DNA of 57,974 nt from Deltaproteobacteria bacterium (GTDB taxonomy: Bacteria; Desulfobacterota; GWC2-55-46; UBA9637), in the NCBI GenBank assembly GCA_016195725.1, contig JACPZB010000085.1, forward strand, positions 1 to 57,974. Reading direction: 5' to 3'. Under the pieces are notes generated by a model. That model saw only the letters and a list, made by a program, of their open reading frames with translations. It was not told the DNA's origin and made no database searches. Both the position numbers and the translations under genes were made by a program. Positions 44,170 through 54,429 of the stretch are shown piece by piece (the stretch's first letter is position 1; each line of letters opens with the position of its first letter).

Positions 44170-45402
44170 ATGGCTATGGAGGAAAAATCAGTATCTGCTG
44201 TCAAAGATAAGGCAGAAGGTTATTTTTCCAAAGGCAGATTTAAAGAGGCTCTTGAGGCATATGAGAGTATAAGACCGTATTCCGGCAAAGATCCGAGGAT
44301 TGTTTTGCGGATAGGGGACATATGCAGAAAGATGGGGAAGAATGATGAGGCGGTGAATGCATATAAGCAGGCTGCGAATGTATTTATCTTGCAGGGGTTC
44401 GTTACCAAGGCAATAGGTGTGTGCAAGATTATAATGGATATAGACCCATCCCAAACTGCTGTTCAGCAAAAGATAGCTGAATTGTATAGCAAAAAAGGTT
44501 TTGTAGCCAAGGGTGAGAAAAGTCCTCAGGTGGTTCAAGGAGTAAAACCTGCAGAGGCTGCAACAGAACAGGCCGCGAAATTTCCAAGGACGCCGCTTTT
44601 TTCTGACCTCACCAAAGATGAATTGCTGGCGATTATCGGCAAGGTAAAGCACCATATTATTTCGCCTGGCGTATTTATCTTTAGAGAGGGCGATAAAGGC
44701 GATTCTATATACATAATTAACAGTGGAACAGTAGATATAATCGGCAAAGATAAAAAGGGGCATGATGTTACTTTGGCGACATTAAAAGAAGGCGATTTTT
44801 TTGGAGAGTTTGGCTTCTTTTCAAATGCAAAAAGAGAGGCATCGGTGAGGGGATCATCGCCTGTTAGCATTCTTGAGATTATTAAGGGCGATGTAGATGC
44901 TATTATTGAAAAGCATAAAAGAGTTGCTGTAGTTCTTTTTGATTTCTATAAGGAGAGGGTAGTTGACAGACTGATGGCCTTGTCTCCGATATTTGAGCCA
45001 TTAACGCCGGCTGACAGAAAGACTGTTCTCGCCAGATTGACCTCGCAGAAGTTTGAGCAAGGCGTAAACATAGTAAAAGAAGGTGAGGTAGGCGATACTA
45101 TGTATTTGATCAAAACAGGAGAGGTCAATGTCTGGGTTCAGGACCCTGCAAAAGGAAAGGTAGTAATGGCCACTCTATCAGAGGGAGATTTCTTTGGAGA
45201 AATAGCATTGGCTACAGCCAGACCGCGCGTTGCAAATGTTACTGCGGTTACCAATACAGAACTTATTCTGTTCTCACGACCGATGATAAAGGACATACTT
45301 GTCAAGTATCCTGCTGTAAAAAATGTCCTGGAAGATGTTATTAAGACAAGGGTTGCTGGTGTGATAAAAATAAAAGGGCTACAGTCTGCTGCGCTGGTAT
45401 AA
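44170..45402 (+). CDS. TPR-like N-terminal domain fused to two cyclic-nucleotide-binding (CAP_ED) domains
   Basis: There are two copies of the cNMP-binding pattern: (F)REGDKGDSIYIINSGTVDI...GDFFGEFGFF...REASVRG and KEGEVGDTMYLIKTGEVNV...GDFFGEIALA...RVANV. Confidence 0.85.
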   Translation: MAMEEKSVSAVKDKAEGYFSKGRFKEALEAYESIRPYSGKDPRIVLRIGDICRKMGKNDEAVNAYKQAANVFILQGFVTKAIGVCKIIMDIDPSQTAVQQKIAELYSKKGFVAKGEKSPQVVQGVKPAEAATEQAAKFPRTPLFSDLTKDELLAIIGKVKHHIISPGVFIFREGDKGDSIYIINSGTVDIIGKDKKGHDVTLATLKEGDFFGEFGFFSNAKREASVRGSSPVSILEIIKGDVDAIIEKHKRVAVVLFDFYKERVVDRLMALSPIFEPLTPADRKTVLARLTSQKFEQGVNIVKEGEVGDTMYLIKTGEVNVWVQDPAKGKVVMATLSEGDFFGEIALATARPRVANVTAVTNTELILFSRPMIKDILVKYPAVKNVLEDVIKTRVAGVIKIKGLQSAALV

Positions 45403-45443
45403 GATAGTAAGCAGTATAAAATGGCTGCCTACTGCCTGCTGAT

Positions 45444-46184
45444 ATGGAACTGATAAGAATAGAAGGTTTATATAAATCATACGGCGATAAGGCCAAGAGA
45501 GTAGAGGCATTAAGAGGTATTGACCTTCAGATTTCAAAAGGCGAAATGGTGGCTGTGGTGGGGGCATCAGGGGCCGGTAAAAGCACTTTACTGCATCTTA
45601 TGGGAACATTAGACAAACCGACAAAGGGTGATGTGTTTTATAAGGGCGAGAGAATTTTTGAACAAACGGATAAAAAGCTGGCTCTGTTCAGAAATAAGAA
45701 TATAGGATTTGTATTTCAGTTTCACCATCTCTTGCCGGAGTTCACTGCTATTGAAAATGTAATGATGCCGGTTTTGATAGGAGGAGGGAATAAGATTGCA
45801 GCCCGTAAATTGGCAGAGAGGCTTCTGTCTGATGTCGGATTAGAACAGAGGCTCAATCACAAACCTGGTGAATTGTCAGGCGGTGAACAGCAGAGGGTTG
45901 CGATTGCAAGGGCACTCGTTCATTCGCCAGATGTTTTGCTGGCAGATGAGCCTACAGGAAATGTGGATACACATACCGGCGATGATATATTTCATCTGCT
46001 TCTAAAATTAAATAAAGATCAGGATATAACCATGATTATTGTAACGCATAATGAAAGGCTGGCAAATAGGATGAAGAGAAGGCTTAGAATGGTGGATGGG
46101 AAACTATACGAAGAAACTTCAAGAGAGGCTGCAGGGGTTTACAAGGAAGGTGATGCGGGAGAGGGATCAGGAGTCAGTGGTTAG
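45444..46184 (+). CDS. lolD: Lipoprotein-releasing system ATP-binding protein LolD
   Basis: Walker [28 protein letters not shown], the signature [15 protein letters not shown] and Walker [10 protein letters not shown]. Confidence 0.92.
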   Translation: MELIRIEGLYKSYGDKAKRVEALRGIDLQISKGEMVAVVGASGAGKSTLLHLMGTLDKPTKGDVFYKGERIFEQTDKKLALFRNKNIGFVFQFHHLLPEFTAIENVMMPVLIGGGNKIAARKLAERLLSDVGLEQRLNHKPGELSGGEQQRVAIARALVHSPDVLLADEPTGNVDTHTGDDIFHLLLKLNKDQDITMIIVTHNERLANRMKRRLRMVDGKLYEETSREAAGVYKEGDAGEGSGVSG

Positions 46185-48981
46185 AATTCAAGACTCAAGA
46201 CCAAAGACTACAGACCAAAAACTAAAGTCTGGAGTCTGGGGCCTAAAGTCTGTAGTTTTACTGCTGCTCACTGCTTATTGCTTACTGTTTGCTGTATCTA
46301 TAGCCGCCGCAACGCAGGATCCGGACATCTTGCGTGCAAATGGCCCTGTGGGAATAATTATCATGCCGTTTACAATCCACAGCAAGGATGACCTCTCTGG
46401 CTTGAGAAGGCGGATTCTTAATACCATTGCATCTGGTATGGAAGTTGAAGGCAAGACAAGGGTTGTCGGCATAGAGCAGCTTAAAAGACTTGTGCTGGAA
46501 GAGAAGGTCGCATCCTTTGACGAAGCCATTGCATTAAAAATTGGGAAAGAGGAAGGCGCTCAATTTGCCATACTTGGCAGTATCACAAAGGTTGAGAGGG
46601 GCATCAGTATTGACGTTCAGCTGATAGATATATCCGTCAGCAGACAGGTGGGCTTTTTTTATATAAAGGGTGATGGTGAAAAGGAAATTTTTGAGGCCTT
46701 AGCCGGTTTTTCGGGAGATATTCAAAAGAAGATGTTTAAGGAAATAGAGTCACAGAAGAGGTTAGGTATTAAGGCCTTAAGGCCAGAAAAGCCTGGTGTA
46801 ATAAGCAGAATAAATATTACTGGCAATAAGCGGGTCGATGAGGCGGCTGTAAAGGCAAAACTAAAAAGCAAGGCAGGCAACTCTCTTTATCCTGATGAGG
46901 CAAGGGACGATATACGCGCTATATATGATATGGGTTTTTTTGAAGATGTCATTGCCGACACAAAGGAGACAGATGCGGGCATTGAGCTCAATTTTATTGT
47001 AAAGGAAAGGCCTGTAATTAAAAAGGTGGAGATAGTTGGGAATAAAGAGATTACGACAGAAAAGATAAATGCTGTTGTAACGGTAAAGGAGAATACGATT
47101 CTTAATAGGACATTGCTTGCGGAAAATGGAGAAAAGATTCAAGCCCTTTATGCAGCAGAAGGATTTTATCTTGCAGAAGTTGAGGCAATAGCGGAGCCGG
47201 AGAGTGATGCCGGCGCAAATGTCAAATTTAAGATAGTGGAGGGTGATAAAGTAAAAGTCCAGAGGATTACCATTATAGGCAATAAAAAATTTGATGAGGA
47301 TAAGATAAAGGGACTTATGGATACAAAAGAGGCAGGGCTCTTTTCATTTCTGACAAAGTCAGGTGTTTTTGATGAGGCGGTATTTCAGAATGACCTTAAT
47401 AAGATAACGGCGCATTATTACGATAATGGCTACATTCATGCCAGCGTAATAGACCACCTTGTCTCCTTATCCAATGATAAGCGGTGGTTTTTTATTACCA
47501 TAGCCTTGGTTGAGGGCGAGCAATATACCGTAGGAAAGGTAGATATAAAGGGAGACATACTTGCTGCTGCCAGCAAGACCGACTTGATGGAAAAGGTCAA
47601 GACAAGCGCGGGCGAGATATTCGGCAGAAAAATACTGAGTCAGGATATTTCCAGATTGAGCGATGTTTACGGCGATGATGGTTATGCAAACGTTAATATC
47701 AACCCGGTTACCAATATAGATGAGAAGGAAAAAAGGGTGGATATAACATTTGATATTCAAAAGAATGAGCTTGTCTATATAGAAAAGATAAATATATCAG
47801 GCAATGTTAATACAAGAGATAAGGTTATAAGGAGAGAGGTTGAAGTGTCAGAGGGGATGCTCTTTTCAGCTACAGGTTTGAAGAAGAGCAGAAACAACCT
47901 GAACAGATTAGGATATTTTGAGAAGGTGAATATTGCAACTGATGCAGGGAGTTCTGAAAACAGATTGGTTGTGAATATTGATGTAAAGGAAAGGCCCACT
48001 GGCGCAATATCAGCAGGGATTGGCTACAGTTCAGTGGATCAAATTATAGGCACTGCTTCTATATCACAGGGCAATTTCCTTGGCACAGGCCTTAAACTGG
48101 AGCTTTCAGGGACTGTAAGTGCTAAAAGCGAGCGATATAACTTAGGTTTTACTGAGCCGTGGCTTTTTGATAAACATATCTCTGCAGGGTTTGATATCTT
48201 TAAGGTTGGCAGGCAGTATCCTGATTTCACCAGGGACAGTTATGGTTTTGATGTAAGGACAGGATTCCCTGTTTATGAAAGAGATGTGCGAGGTTATCTT
48301 ACCTATAAGCTCGAAGAGATTACGGTAAAGGACATATCATCCAGCGCAGCCAAGACCATAAAAGATCAGGCAGGTAAAAAAGTAACGAGCAGTATAGATG
48401 CCGTGCTTAAGCGGGATACGCGGGACGATGCCTTTTATCCTACAGAAGGTTCAGTGACATCCTTATCTATTGAGTATGCAGGCGGCCCATTGGGGGGAGA
48501 TAATAGCTTCGTCAAATATATCGGCGAAGGTATAAAATATTTTTCTTTATGGTGGGACACCGCATTGTCAATGCGTGGTGTAATCGGTTATGTGCAGGGA
48601 TTTGACGGCAATAATATACCTATATATGAGAGATTCTATCTTGGAGGAATAAATACCATACGAGGGTTTAAAACACGGAGCGTTGGCCCAACGGATCCCG
48701 CAACTAATGAGATTATAGGCGGCGACAAAGAGGTATTTGCAAACTTAGAATATCTCTTTCCGCTTGTAGCAGAGCAAAGGGTAAAGGGGCTCATCTTTTT
48801 TGACGCAGGAAATGCTTATGATAAAGAAATAAACCTCGGCGATTTAAGGACATCTGCAGGCGCAGGTATAAGATGGTTTTCTCCTGTGGGGCCCCTGCGT
48901 TTAGAATGGGGTTATAATCTGGACAAAAGGGCTGGAGAGGAGAGCAGTCAGTGGGAGTTTACCATAGGGACGATGTTTTAA
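46153..48981 (+). CDS. bamA: Outer membrane protein assembly factor BamA (start uncertain: ATG 46153 or GTG 46177)
   Basis: The signal peptide [20 protein letters not shown], five POTRA-like repeats (I..I.I.GN..V....I) and a C-terminal Omp85 barrel with RGF and a terminal ...EFTIGTMF. Confidence 0.92.
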   Translation: MRERDQESVVRIQDSRPKTTDQKLKSGVWGLKSVVLLLLTAYCLLFAVSIAAATQDPDILRANGPVGIIIMPFTIHSKDDLSGLRRRILNTIASGMEVEGKTRVVGIEQLKRLVLEEKVASFDEAIALKIGKEEGAQFAILGSITKVERGISIDVQLIDISVSRQVGFFYIKGDGEKEIFEALAGFSGDIQKKMFKEIESQKRLGIKALRPEKPGVISRINITGNKRVDEAAVKAKLKSKAGNSLYPDEARDDIRAIYDMGFFEDVIADTKETDAGIELNFIVKERPVIKKVEIVGNKEITTEKINAVVTVKENTILNRTLLAENGEKIQALYAAEGFYLAEVEAIAEPESDAGANVKFKIVEGDKVKVQRITIIGNKKFDEDKIKGLMDTKEAGLFSFLTKSGVFDEAVFQNDLNKITAHYYDNGYIHASVIDHLVSLSNDKRWFFITIALVEGEQYTVGKVDIKGDILAAASKTDLMEKVKTSAGEIFGRKILSQDISRLSDVYGDDGYANVNINPVTNIDEKEKRVDITFDIQKNELVYIEKINISGNVNTRDKVIRREVEVSEGMLFSATGLKKSRNNLNRLGYFEKVNIATDAGSSENRLVVNIDVKERPTGAISAGIGYSSVDQIIGTASISQGNFLGTGLKLELSGTVSAKSERYNLGFTEPWLFDKHISAGFDIFKVGRQYPDFTRDSYGFDVRTGFPVYERDVRGYLTYKLEEITVKDISSSAAKTIKDQAGKKVTSSIDAVLKRDTRDDAFYPTEGSVTSLSIEYAGGPLGGDNSFVKYIGEGIKYFSLWWDTALSMRGVIGYVQGFDGNNIPIYERFYLGGINTIRGFKTRSVGPTDPATNEIIGGDKEVFANLEYLFPLVAEQRVKGLIFFDAGNAYDKEINLGDLRTSAGAGIRWFSPVGPLRLEWGYNLDKRAGEESSQWEFTIGTMF

Positions 48982-49071
48982 ATGCAGCGAATAGCGAGCA
49001 GTGCATAGTATTTAGCTTAGATTTATCATTATTATTACTGTTTACTATTCACTAAATTAAAGGAGAATAAG

Positions 49072-49602
49072 ATGAAAAAATTACAATTTAGCATCATAGC
49101 AGTTGCGTTTGTTGCCATATTTTCAAGCATGGCAGCGGCTGCGGAACTTAAACTCGGCGTAGTTAATCTGCAGAAGGCATTGAACGAATGTTCAGCAGGC
49201 AAAGAGGCTGTTACAGAACTTGAGGCAGACGTTAAAAAAAGGCAGGAACAGGTTGATGCAAAACAGGAAGAGCTTAAAAAGCTTAATGAGGAGATGGAAA
49301 AGAAGAAATCTGTCTGGAACGATGATATGAGAGAGCAAAAACAGAAGGAGTTGCAGGGCAAGATGCAGGAGTTTCAGAGATTCTTCATGCAGTCAAACGA
49401 TGACCTTAAGAAAAAGGAGCAGGAAAAGAAGACCGTAATCATAAAGGACATGATTGAGATTGTAAAAAAACTGGCAAAGGAAAGGGGTTATACATTTGTA
49501 TTTGAAACCCAGGGTGGCATAGTTTACAATCCGTCTGAAGCAGATATAACCGATGAGGTTATTAAACTGTATAACGCAGAATATAAAAAGGGGAAGAAGT
49601 AA
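49072..49602 (+). CDS. skp: OmpH/Skp periplasmic chaperone
   Basis: A signal peptide, [14 protein letters not shown] and a long charged coiled coil. It sits between bamA and lpxD. Confidence 0.88.
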   Translation: MKKLQFSIIAVAFVAIFSSMAAAAELKLGVVNLQKALNECSAGKEAVTELEADVKKRQEQVDAKQEELKKLNEEMEKKKSVWNDDMREQKQKELQGKMQEFQRFFMQSNDDLKKKEQEKKTVIIKDMIEIVKKLAKERGYTFVFETQGGIVYNPSEADITDEVIKLYNAEYKKGKK

Positions 49603-49616
49603 AACACAGAGAAGAA

Positions 49617-50726
49617 ATGACGAAAGCATTCAGAATTCAGAATCCAGAATATAGAAGTAATACAAAAAAAACTTTGAAAGAATTGGCAAGCCTTGTTGAA
49701 GGGGAAGTTGCCGGTGATGAGAATGCGGCCATTTGTGGTGTGGCAGGGATAGAAGATGCGGGTGAAGGCGACATAACCTTTATTGCCAATCCCAAATATA
49801 TTGGCAGGGTTTCAGCTACGAAGGCCTCTGCAATTATCGCCTCATCTGATATAAAAGTTCAAAGTAAAAATTTTCTTCATGTTAAAAACCCTTACCTTGC
49901 CTTCGCAAAGATCCTGGCGCTTTTTAACCCACCCGTTGCGCTGTACAAAGGTGCTCACCCTGCCGCGTATATCCATCAAACTGCGGTCATAGGCTCGTCT
50001 GTCTCTATATATCCGCATGTATATATAGAGGAGGATGCAAAAATAGGCAATGGAGTTGCGCTTTATCCAGGGGTCTATATTGGTAAAGCTGCGCAGGTAG
50101 ATGATGATACTGTCTTATATTCAAATGTGTCTGTAAGGGAAGGATGTCGCATAGGAAAGAGAGTTATCGTCCACTGCAATTCTGTTGTAGGCAGCGACGG
50201 ATTTGGTTTTGCGAAGGACGGGGCAAAGTATCATAAGATACCGCAGGTAGGCATTGTCCGGATTGAGGATGATGTGGAGATTGGCGCATCTGTTACAATC
50301 GACAGGGCAACACTGGGAGAAACGGTTGTCGGCAGAGGAACGAAGATAGATAATCTAGTGCAGATAGCCCATAATGTTACAATCGGAGAAGACTCTATAA
50401 TAGTCGCTCAGGCAGGCATAGCCGGTTCTACAAAGATAGGCAGCAGGGTAACTCTGGCCGGTCAGGTCGGCGTTGTAGGGCATATAGAGATAGGCGATGA
50501 TGTTATAATAGGCTCGCAATCCGGCGTTGCGCAGGATATTACATCAAAAGGGGTATTTTCAGGCAGTCCTGCCATACCGCACCGGGAATGGCTTAAGGCG
50601 CAAAACATATTTGCAAAGCTTCCTGAAATGCGGAAGATGCTTTTGGAATTAGAGAAGAGAGTGTCGTTATTAGATAAGCCAGAAGAGAAACGGGGAATCG
50701 GGGAAGGGGAGAAACGGAGAAACTGA
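49617..50726 (+). CDS. lpxD: UDP-3-O-acylglucosamine N-acyltransferase
   Basis: [19 protein letters not shown], left-handed beta-helix hexapeptide repeats and GFGFA. Confidence 0.92.
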   Translation: MTKAFRIQNPEYRSNTKKTLKELASLVEGEVAGDENAAICGVAGIEDAGEGDITFIANPKYIGRVSATKASAIIASSDIKVQSKNFLHVKNPYLAFAKILALFNPPVALYKGAHPAAYIHQTAVIGSSVSIYPHVYIEEDAKIGNGVALYPGVYIGKAAQVDDDTVLYSNVSVREGCRIGKRVIVHCNSVVGSDGFGFAKDGAKYHKIPQVGIVRIEDDVEIGASVTIDRATLGETVVGRGTKIDNLVQIAHNVTIGEDSIIVAQAGIAGSTKIGSRVTLAGQVGVVGHIEIGDDVIIGSQSGVAQDITSKGVFSGSPAIPHREWLKAQNIFAKLPEMRKMLLELEKRVSLLDKPEEKRGIGEGEKRRN

Positions 50727-50787
50727 TTCACCGATTCCCCGTTTCGCCGATTCTCCGATTCGTTTAAGTCTTATTCATGGGGGTCTT

Positions 50788-51216
50788 ATGATTGACATAA
50801 ATGAAATTTTAAAAATCCTGCCGCATCGCTATCCGTTCCTTTTGGTGGACAAGGTTGTGGAATTTGAGGCAGGAAAGAAGGCTAAGGGCATAAAAAATGT
50901 CACAATCAATGAGCCGTTTTTCCAGGGGCATTTTCCCGGACACCCTATTATGCCCGGCGTTTTAATAATAGAGGCAATGGCGCAGGTTGGCGGCATACTT
51001 GCATTTAAGTCCACGAATGTGGCAAACAAGGCGGTCTATTTTATGGGAATAGATAAGGCAAAGTTTCGCAAGCCGGTGCTGCCAGGGGATAGATTAGAAC
51101 TTGTTCTGGAGGTGACAAAGAGCCGCGGCGCTATATGGGTATTTAAAGGCGAGGGCTATGTTGAAGGCAATTTGGTTGCAGAGGCAGAATTGATGGCTAC
51201 GATCGTGGACAAGTAA
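50788..51216 (+). CDS. fabZ: 3-hydroxyacyl-ACP dehydratase FabZ
   Basis: [13 protein letters not shown] and [26 protein letters not shown]. Confidence 0.95.
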   Translation: MIDINEILKILPHRYPFLLVDKVVEFEAGKKAKGIKNVTINEPFFQGHFPGHPIMPGVLIIEAMAQVGGILAFKSTNVANKAVYFMGIDKAKFRKPVLPGDRLELVLEVTKSRGAIWVFKGEGYVEGNLVAEAELMATIVDK

Positions 51217-51232
51217 ATTAAAATTCCTAATT

Positions 51233-51319
51233 TCTAAATCCTAATTTTTAATAAAATGTCAAATGACAAAAGTCTAATTTTATTATAGCGGTGTTAGAAA
51301 TTAGACATTAGGATTTAGA
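51233..51319. repeat. Word-stutter inverted repeat (CTAAAT/CCTAAT words) between fabZ and lpxA
   Basis: TCTAAATCCTAAT (51233-51245) pairs with ATTAGGATTTAGA (51307-51319), a perfect 13 bp. The loop contains AATGTCAAATG, which is shared with 44095-44105. Confidence 0.8.
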
Positions 51320-51365
51320 TATTAACATATGGATTCAACCCGCATATGAAAGAGAGAAACAAATA

Positions 51366-52199
51366 ATGCAGATAAAGACAAAAGCCGACAAAGATTTAAT
51401 CCATCCTACAGCTGTGATTCAGAATGGAGCCAAGATTGAAGAAGGGGTGGAGATAGGGCCTTATTCACTTATCGGCAAAGATGTGACTATCGGCAAGGGG
51501 ACAATTGTATCTTCTCATGCTGTCATAGAGGGATGGACGACTATAGGGCATGATTGTAAAATACATCAGTTTGTCTCCATCGGCGCGCCGCCCCAGGACG
51601 TTACCTATAAGGGCGAGAAGACCGAAGTAGTCATCGGCAGCAATAATGCGATAAGAGAATTTGTTACGATTCATCGAGGTAGTGTTAAAGGCGGAGGAAA
51701 GACAATTATTGGCGATAAAAATTTCTTGATGGCCTATGTCCATATTGCGCATGATTGCAGGATAGGCAATAATGTTTTGATGGCCAATGCAGCTACTCTG
51801 GCGGGGCATGTTACTATTGGAGATTATGTATATATCGGCGGTTTAGTGGCTATCCACCAGTTTGCAAAGGTCGGCGCATATGCTATTGTAGGCGGCGCTT
51901 CGGCGATCACCCATGATGTTCCCCCTTATGTCATGGCTGTTGGCAATAGGGCTAAATTATACGGCCTTAATAAAGTAGGGCTCCGGAGACAGAGGTTTTC
52001 AAGAGAGGAGATGGATGATCTGAAGAAAGCATATAATATCCTTTTTAGAAGCGGTCTTACGCTGAAGGATGCAATAGATAAGGCGAGAGATGAACTGGGG
52101 CATTCAGAGCATGTTGTGCATCTTGTAGAATTTATAAAGGATTCCAAACGCGGCATTACAAGAGAAAAAGGGAGAAGGGCTGAATCTAATGAGGATTAA
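51366..52199 (+). CDS. lpxA: Acyl-ACP--UDP-N-acetylglucosamine O-acyltransferase
   Basis: IHPTAVI, hexapeptide repeats, and GLNKVGLRRQRFSREEMDDLKKAYNILFRSGL. Confidence 0.93.
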   Translation: MQIKTKADKDLIHPTAVIQNGAKIEEGVEIGPYSLIGKDVTIGKGTIVSSHAVIEGWTTIGHDCKIHQFVSIGAPPQDVTYKGEKTEVVIGSNNAIREFVTIHRGSVKGGGKTIIGDKNFLMAYVHIAHDCRIGNNVLMANAATLAGHVTIGDYVYIGGLVAIHQFAKVGAYAIVGGASAITHDVPPYVMAVGNRAKLYGLNKVGLRRQRFSREEMDDLKKAYNILFRSGLTLKDAIDKARDELGHSEHVVHLVEFIKDSKRGITREKGRRAESNED

Positions 52200-53130
52200 A
52201 GTTGGGGTTGTAGGCGTCGGCTATCTCGGCAAATTTCATGCAGAAAAATACTCAAGCCTTCCCCATGTAGAGCTTGTGGGTGTTGTTGATACGGATAAAA
52301 AACGGGCTGACGAGATTGCGGCAGGTTTAAAAACAAAGGCATTTTATTCGTATAGAGATATTCTGTCAAAAGATACGGTGGATGCAGTAAGCATTGTTGT
52401 CCCTACATCTCTCCATTACAAGATTGCAAAGGATTTTCTTTCAAACGGCATAGATGCGCTCCTTGAAAAACCCATAACCAATATCCTGCAAGAGGCGGAT
52501 GAGCTTATCATGGAGGCAAAAAAGAATAAGGCTATTCTGCAGGTCGGACATCTGGAGAGATTCAATGCGGCTGTTATGGCAATGAACGGCATAGTGAATA
52601 ACCCGATGTTCATAGAATCCTACAGACTTTCGCCTTTTCCCAACAGAGGAGCGGATGTGGATGTAATCCTTGATATGATGATACATGATATAGACATTAT
52701 TTTGAATTTTGTCAAATCAGAAATAGGGTCTGTTGACGCAGTCGGCATCCCTGTCATAACTGGTAAGGTTGATATAGCGAATGCAAGGATAAAGTTTCAA
52801 AACGGCTGTGTTTCAAATATTACGGCAAGCAGGGTTTCGAAAGAAAGGGTGAGAAAGATACAGCTTTTTCAAGATGATGCCTATATTTCAATTGATTATG
52901 CTAATCAGAATATGGCAGTTTGTAGAAAGGTTGGGGGAGGGGGCAGGGAGTTTCCTCAGATTGTGGAGAAAGATATGCGGATAGAAAAAACTGATACACT
53001 TTTGGAAGAAATAAAGGCATTTGTAGATTGTGTTATCAGCAGAAAACTTCCATTGGTTTCAGGAGAGGATGGCAAAAGGGCGCTGGAGGTGGCCCAGATG
53101 ATACAAAAGGAGGTGGGAAGCAGGATGTAG
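52189..53130 (+). CDS. Gfo/Idh/MocA-family NAD-dependent oxidoreductase embedded in the lpx cluster (GnnA-like candidate)
   Basis: The N-terminal Rossmann motif KVGVVGVGYLGKFHA and the EKP motif (LLEKPIT). Overlaps lpxA by 11 nt and lies directly upstream of lpxB. Confidence 0.75.
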   Translation: MRIKVGVVGVGYLGKFHAEKYSSLPHVELVGVVDTDKKRADEIAAGLKTKAFYSYRDILSKDTVDAVSIVVPTSLHYKIAKDFLSNGIDALLEKPITNILQEADELIMEAKKNKAILQVGHLERFNAAVMAMNGIVNNPMFIESYRLSPFPNRGADVDVILDMMIHDIDIILNFVKSEIGSVDAVGIPVITGKVDIANARIKFQNGCVSNITASRVSKERVRKIQLFQDDAYISIDYANQNMAVCRKVGGGGREFPQIVEKDMRIEKTDTLLEEIKAFVDCVISRKLPLVSGEDGKRALEVAQMIQKEVGSRM

Positions 53131-53185
53131 GAGGTGGGAAAGAGATTTTCCTACATCCCACTCCCTACACCCACATCCAAGCTTT

Positions 53186-54379
53186 ATGAATATTTTCATA
53201 GTTGCAGGCGAGGCATCAGGAGACTTGCATGGCTCAAATCTTATAAAGTCATTAAAAGAGATAGACCAATCTCTCGTATTTTACGGTATCGGCGGAGAGA
53301 AAATGAAATCCCTTGGATTTGATGCAATTGAAGATTCAAGGGAGCTGGCGGTAGTTGGCATCTCAGAGGTTTTTTTAAAGCTCGGCAGACTTTTTACAGC
53401 ATTCAATAAGCTTAAAAAGGCGCTTGATGAAAGAAGGCCAGATGTTGTTGTGCTTATAGATTATCCGGATTTCAATCTGCATTTTGCAAGAGAGGCCAAG
53501 AAGAGGAGAATTCCGGTAATATATTACATAGGCCCTCAGGTGTGGGCATGGAGAAAGGGACGGGTTAAAAAGATAGCAAGGCTGGTTGACAAGATGCTTG
53601 TTGTCTTTCCATTTGAGGTGGATATTTATCAGAAGGCAGGTGTGGATGTGGAATATGTGGGGCACCCGCTATCTGCCACAGTATCAAGCCAGTTTTCTAA
53701 AGATGGTGCATTGGCTGAATTTGGAATGGCTCAATGTCAAACAGTAGCGCTCTTGCCGGGCAGCAGAAGAGATGAGGTTAATAGGCTTCTTCCTGTTATG
53801 CTCGAGGCCGCCGCCATTATAAAAAGGGAAATAAAAGATATTCAATTTATACTGCCCCTGGCAGATACGATAGAACAGGTTTTTGTGGAGGATATTATAA
53901 GGGATGTGGGATGTGAAAAAAGTTTTTTCCGCCTCCCATCTCCCACTTCCTGCCTCCGAATTGTCAGCGGCCGTCTTTACGAGGCGTTAAGGGCATCGGA
54001 TGCCGCAATCGTTGCGTCGGGCACCGCAACGCTTGAAACTGCATTGATGGAAATTCCCATGGTAATTGTCTATAAACTCTCGTTTTTGACCGCTATCATT
54101 GGGAGAATATTCGTACATATTGACGACGTAGGTCTTCCCAATATTGTAGCTGGCAGAAGGATAGTGCCGGAGCTTATTCAGGAGTATGCTACTCCTTCGG
54201 CAATTGCAGAAAACATTTTGAGAATTTTAAAAGATAAGGGTGAACGGGAAAAGATGATTTCAGAGCTTAAAGAGGTTGGAAAAAGGTTGGGCAAAGTTGA
54301 CGCATCAAGGAATGCAGCGGAAAAGATATATAAGGTGACAACTCAAAACTCAAAACGCAAATCTCAAAACTTAAACTAA
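53186..54379 (+). CDS. lpxB: Lipid-A-disaccharide synthase (with an internal low-complexity palindromic insertion)
   Basis: IFIVAGEASGDLHG, DYPDFNL, YYIGPQVWAWR and ASGTATLE. Confidence 0.92.
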   Translation: MNIFIVAGEASGDLHGSNLIKSLKEIDQSLVFYGIGGEKMKSLGFDAIEDSRELAVVGISEVFLKLGRLFTAFNKLKKALDERRPDVVVLIDYPDFNLHFAREAKKRRIPVIYYIGPQVWAWRKGRVKKIARLVDKMLVVFPFEVDIYQKAGVDVEYVGHPLSATVSSQFSKDGALAEFGMAQCQTVALLPGSRRDEVNRLLPVMLEAAAIIKREIKDIQFILPLADTIEQVFVEDIIRDVGCEKSFFRLPSPTSCLRIVSGRLYEALRASDAAIVASGTATLETALMEIPMVIVYKLSFLTAIIGRIFVHIDDVGLPNIVAGRRIVPELIQEYATPSAIAENILRILKDKGEREKMISELKEVGKRLGKVDASRNAAEKIYKVTTQNSKRKSQNLN

Positions 54380-54429
54380 AAACTTAAAACTGCAATTCTT
54401 TAAGTTTTGACTTTTGAGATTCTTTTATT

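Noticed and set aside
44188-44763. 191-aa antisense ORF inside the cNMP-binding gene
   Set aside because: The sense strand has two clear cNMP-binding domains. The antisense product is compositionally odd and has no motifs or RBS. The same reasoning applies to the other antisense ORFs, including 16978-17379, 18019-18423, 33486-33938, 54708-55250, 28111-28410, 43045-43362 and 41594-41965.
46096-46152. Longest-ORF start for bamA (46096), overlapping lolD by 89 nt
   Set aside because: This segment is the well-conserved C-terminal coding region of lolD in another frame. The signal peptide begins near 46250, so a start at 46153 or 46177 is more plausible.
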